In this document: one piece after another, positions 56,037 through 57,698 of the stretch
Layout: every line of letters begins with the position of its first letter
Position numbering within the stretch: the first letter of the stretch is position 1
Origin: Aeromonadales bacterium
GTDB lineage: Bacteria; Pseudomonadota; Gammaproteobacteria; Enterobacterales; GCA-002770795
Assembly (NCBI GenBank): GCA_011322365.1
Contig: DRNA01000005.1
Span: forward strand, 1 to 57,698
Reading direction: 5' to 3'
DNA: 57,698 nucleotides
Made by a program: the position numbers and the translations under genes
Notes under the pieces: generated by a model
What the model saw: only the letters and a program-made list of their open reading frames with translations
Told to the model about the DNA's origin: nothing
Databases searched by the model: none

Positions 56037-57314
56037 TTAGCGCCCTCTTGTTCTTAAAGATTGTACGGTAAAATCTTTTTGTTTCAAATTTTTAACATTT
56101 ATCCGGGTTTTCATTTTCAAAGTTGTACAGTGCTCTGCCTGCACATCCACCATCGAAACCAGGGAAGGAATCGCAACTCCACTACCTTTGTTCTGAGACA
56201 AATGATAATCAGGATGGGCAAAACCGGCAATACCCAGTCGCCAGATTTTTCCTGAACGATCATAATATCGGCCAGAAACTGGTATAAATGTTTCTGCATC
56301 CACATAAAAAATTCGCTTCGACAAAGGATGTTGTTCCCATTTAGGTATCGCTTCCAGTGTATAAACCTTCCTTAGCTGCCAGGGTATATTGGGGAAGCAT
56401 TTACCCTGTCCATGAAAAGTACCAAAGCGGAACCCGGAAGAATCGGCAACATCCCCCAGCGGGATCTGATCATATCTGAAAAAAGGCACCAGTAACTCTC
56501 TCGTTCCCAGAAATTTCCAGTGCATATCTTTGATGCGGCCGTTATAACCCAGGAAATCTTCAATCATGATATCACTTCCCAGAAAAGCATCAGTAGATTG
56601 CCCGGTGGGCAAACGCCTAACTCTTCTGTGGATGGATAAATAAAGCCAGGTTCGTTCACGAGCGCTATCATCTTCCAGCCGATGCACCAATAACTGCGTA
56701 TTTTTCAAATCGAAAGGTTTTTTTGCCAACAGATAAATAGCATTGAATATATCTGCCGGGTTATCAGCCAGTTCAGGCACTGGCTCCAGTAAGACTCGAT
56801 GTTTATAACGAAGGGTTTTGCCAACAAAAGATAACGTTCTTTCAATTTTGCCAGTTTTCATATTGCGGTAATCCCAGATAAAAGGATCGACCACAGAACT
56901 ATCGCCTCCATAGCTGTAACGCATATTCCAGGCCAGCTTTAAACCAGCTGATTTATCTGCCATTGAAGGTTCAGCACTAAAAGGCAAACCTTCCCTGTAA
57001 TTTTCAATCTGTCCGGTTTCAGCATTAAGCGATGCCAGCCCCTTATATTTTCTGGTTAAAGCCTGAAATACTTTATTAGCAGGAATAGAAAAAGTCTTAC
57101 CCACCTTAATGCTGAGGTATTGTTTTTTAATCAATTGAGAGATTGGCTCATCAATAAAATCTGTATATTTAGCTACATTTTGGGATGTTATCAACAAACC
57201 AGGTTCAGGGCGTTCTGCAGCATTTAATAACAATGGCATGAAAAGAGATCCGGTAATTATAGCAATTTTTAGCATCTTTAAATCAGTCAGATAGATAATC
57301 AGAATATTTATCAT
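56037..57314 (-). CDS. DUF1329-family (LolA-like) protein, orphan copy
   Basis: 425 aa, collinear with 47350..48675 (e.g. GSDIMIEDFLGYNGRIKDMHWKFLGTRELLVPF; YVDAETF..YYDRSGKIWR). The start is probably M14 (57275), giving the signal peptide MLKIAIITGSLFMPLLLNA. Confidence 0.8.
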   Translation of the reverse strand: MINILIIYLTDLKMLKIAIITGSLFMPLLLNAAERPEPGLLITSQNVAKYTDFIDEPISQLIKKQYLSIKVGKTFSIPANKVFQALTRKYKGLASLNAETGQIENYREGLPFSAEPSMADKSAGLKLAWNMRYSYGGDSSVVDPFIWDYRNMKTGKIERTLSFVGKTLRYKHRVLLEPVPELADNPADIFNAIYLLAKKPFDLKNTQLLVHRLEDDSARERTWLYLSIHRRVRRLPTGQSTDAFLGSDIMIEDFLGYNGRIKDMHWKFLGTRELLVPFFRYDQIPLGDVADSSGFRFGTFHGQGKCFPNIPWQLRKVYTLEAIPKWEQHPLSKRIFYVDAETFIPVSGRYYDRSGKIWRLGIAGFAHPDYHLSQNKGSGVAIPSLVSMVDVQAEHCTTLKMKTRINVKNLKQKDFTVQSLRTRGR

Positions 57315-57698
57315 ACCGATAAAACCTGATAAATAAAATCAATGATAACCTCCTTATTAAAAAATACCTGATTACTTACGGCAGATTCCAGCTCTAAATT
57401 CTGAATAGTTGTCAGTTAATATCCACAAAGCTCACCAATTTATCACTGATAATGGGCAATATACCCGTGGTTAGTCAATACTATGGTTTAACAAATCGAT
57501 ATCGGAGAATAAAGATAAAATTGAGCAATATACCCGTTCCTGACGAATCCCCACGAAAATAAGCATTAAAAATCATTTAGGGGATCGACCTTCACGGCTA
57601 AATGTGATCAAATTAACTTTGCCAAAAACAACTTATTCACAATGAGCCATGAAGATCACAAATATAATACAGAATGATATCGCCGCTGCCTACCCTGA

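Noticed and set aside
57649-57698. Possible start of a plus-strand gene (MKITNIIQNDIAAAYP..) at the window end
   Set aside because: Only 16 codons are visible and there is no clear SD, so it cannot be supported.
1-57698. Searched by eye for CRISPR arrays, rRNA or tRNA genes, prophage, toxin-antitoxin or known defence-system genes
   Set aside because: None seen. All large ORFs are accounted for by metabolic, transport or regulatory families.

Overview
AT-rich bacterial chromosomal segment; gene content suggests a gammaproteobacterium (inference only). The left third (1-17.3 kb) is housekeeping. It holds a partial TonB-dependent receptor, a membrane-anchored serine hydrolase, a 5'-nucleotidase-type phosphoesterase and a small membrane-protein gene split by a 266-bp inverted-repeat element. 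It also holds a sigma-54/NtrC-type controlled porin-glnK-amtB operon, gltBD and the Na+-pumping oxaloacetate decarboxylase oadGAB. From 17.7 kb to the right edge lies a ~40-kb aromatic-catabolic supercluster, all on the minus strand except one GntR regulator. It encodes a T4MO-like four-component toluene/benzene monooxygenase (tmoABCDEF), a multicomponent phenol hydroxylase (dmpKLMNOP) and a XylT-type ferredoxin. It also encodes catechol 2,3-dioxygenase, a complete but rearranged meta-cleavage pathway (dmpC,E,F,G,H,I plus a displaced dmpD) and a XylR/DmpR-type sigma-54 activator. The most unusual content is a four-gene envelope module: a BNR/Ycf48-like beta-propeller, a COG1033-type RND/MMPL permease, a DUF1302 outer-membrane barrel and a DUF1329 LolA-like protein. 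It occurs twice in full, with an extra tandem DUF1329 and an orphan DUF1329, and sits inside the catabolic operons. One copy lies directly behind a good -24/-12 promoter that shares a 14-mer upstream motif with the phenol hydroxylase promoter. I propose it is an uncharacterised trans-envelope trafficking system for hydrophobic aromatic substrates or products. I saw no CRISPR, rRNA, tRNA, transposase, integrase or recognisable defence genes. Family calls rest on motifs and remembered homologues; no database search was run.
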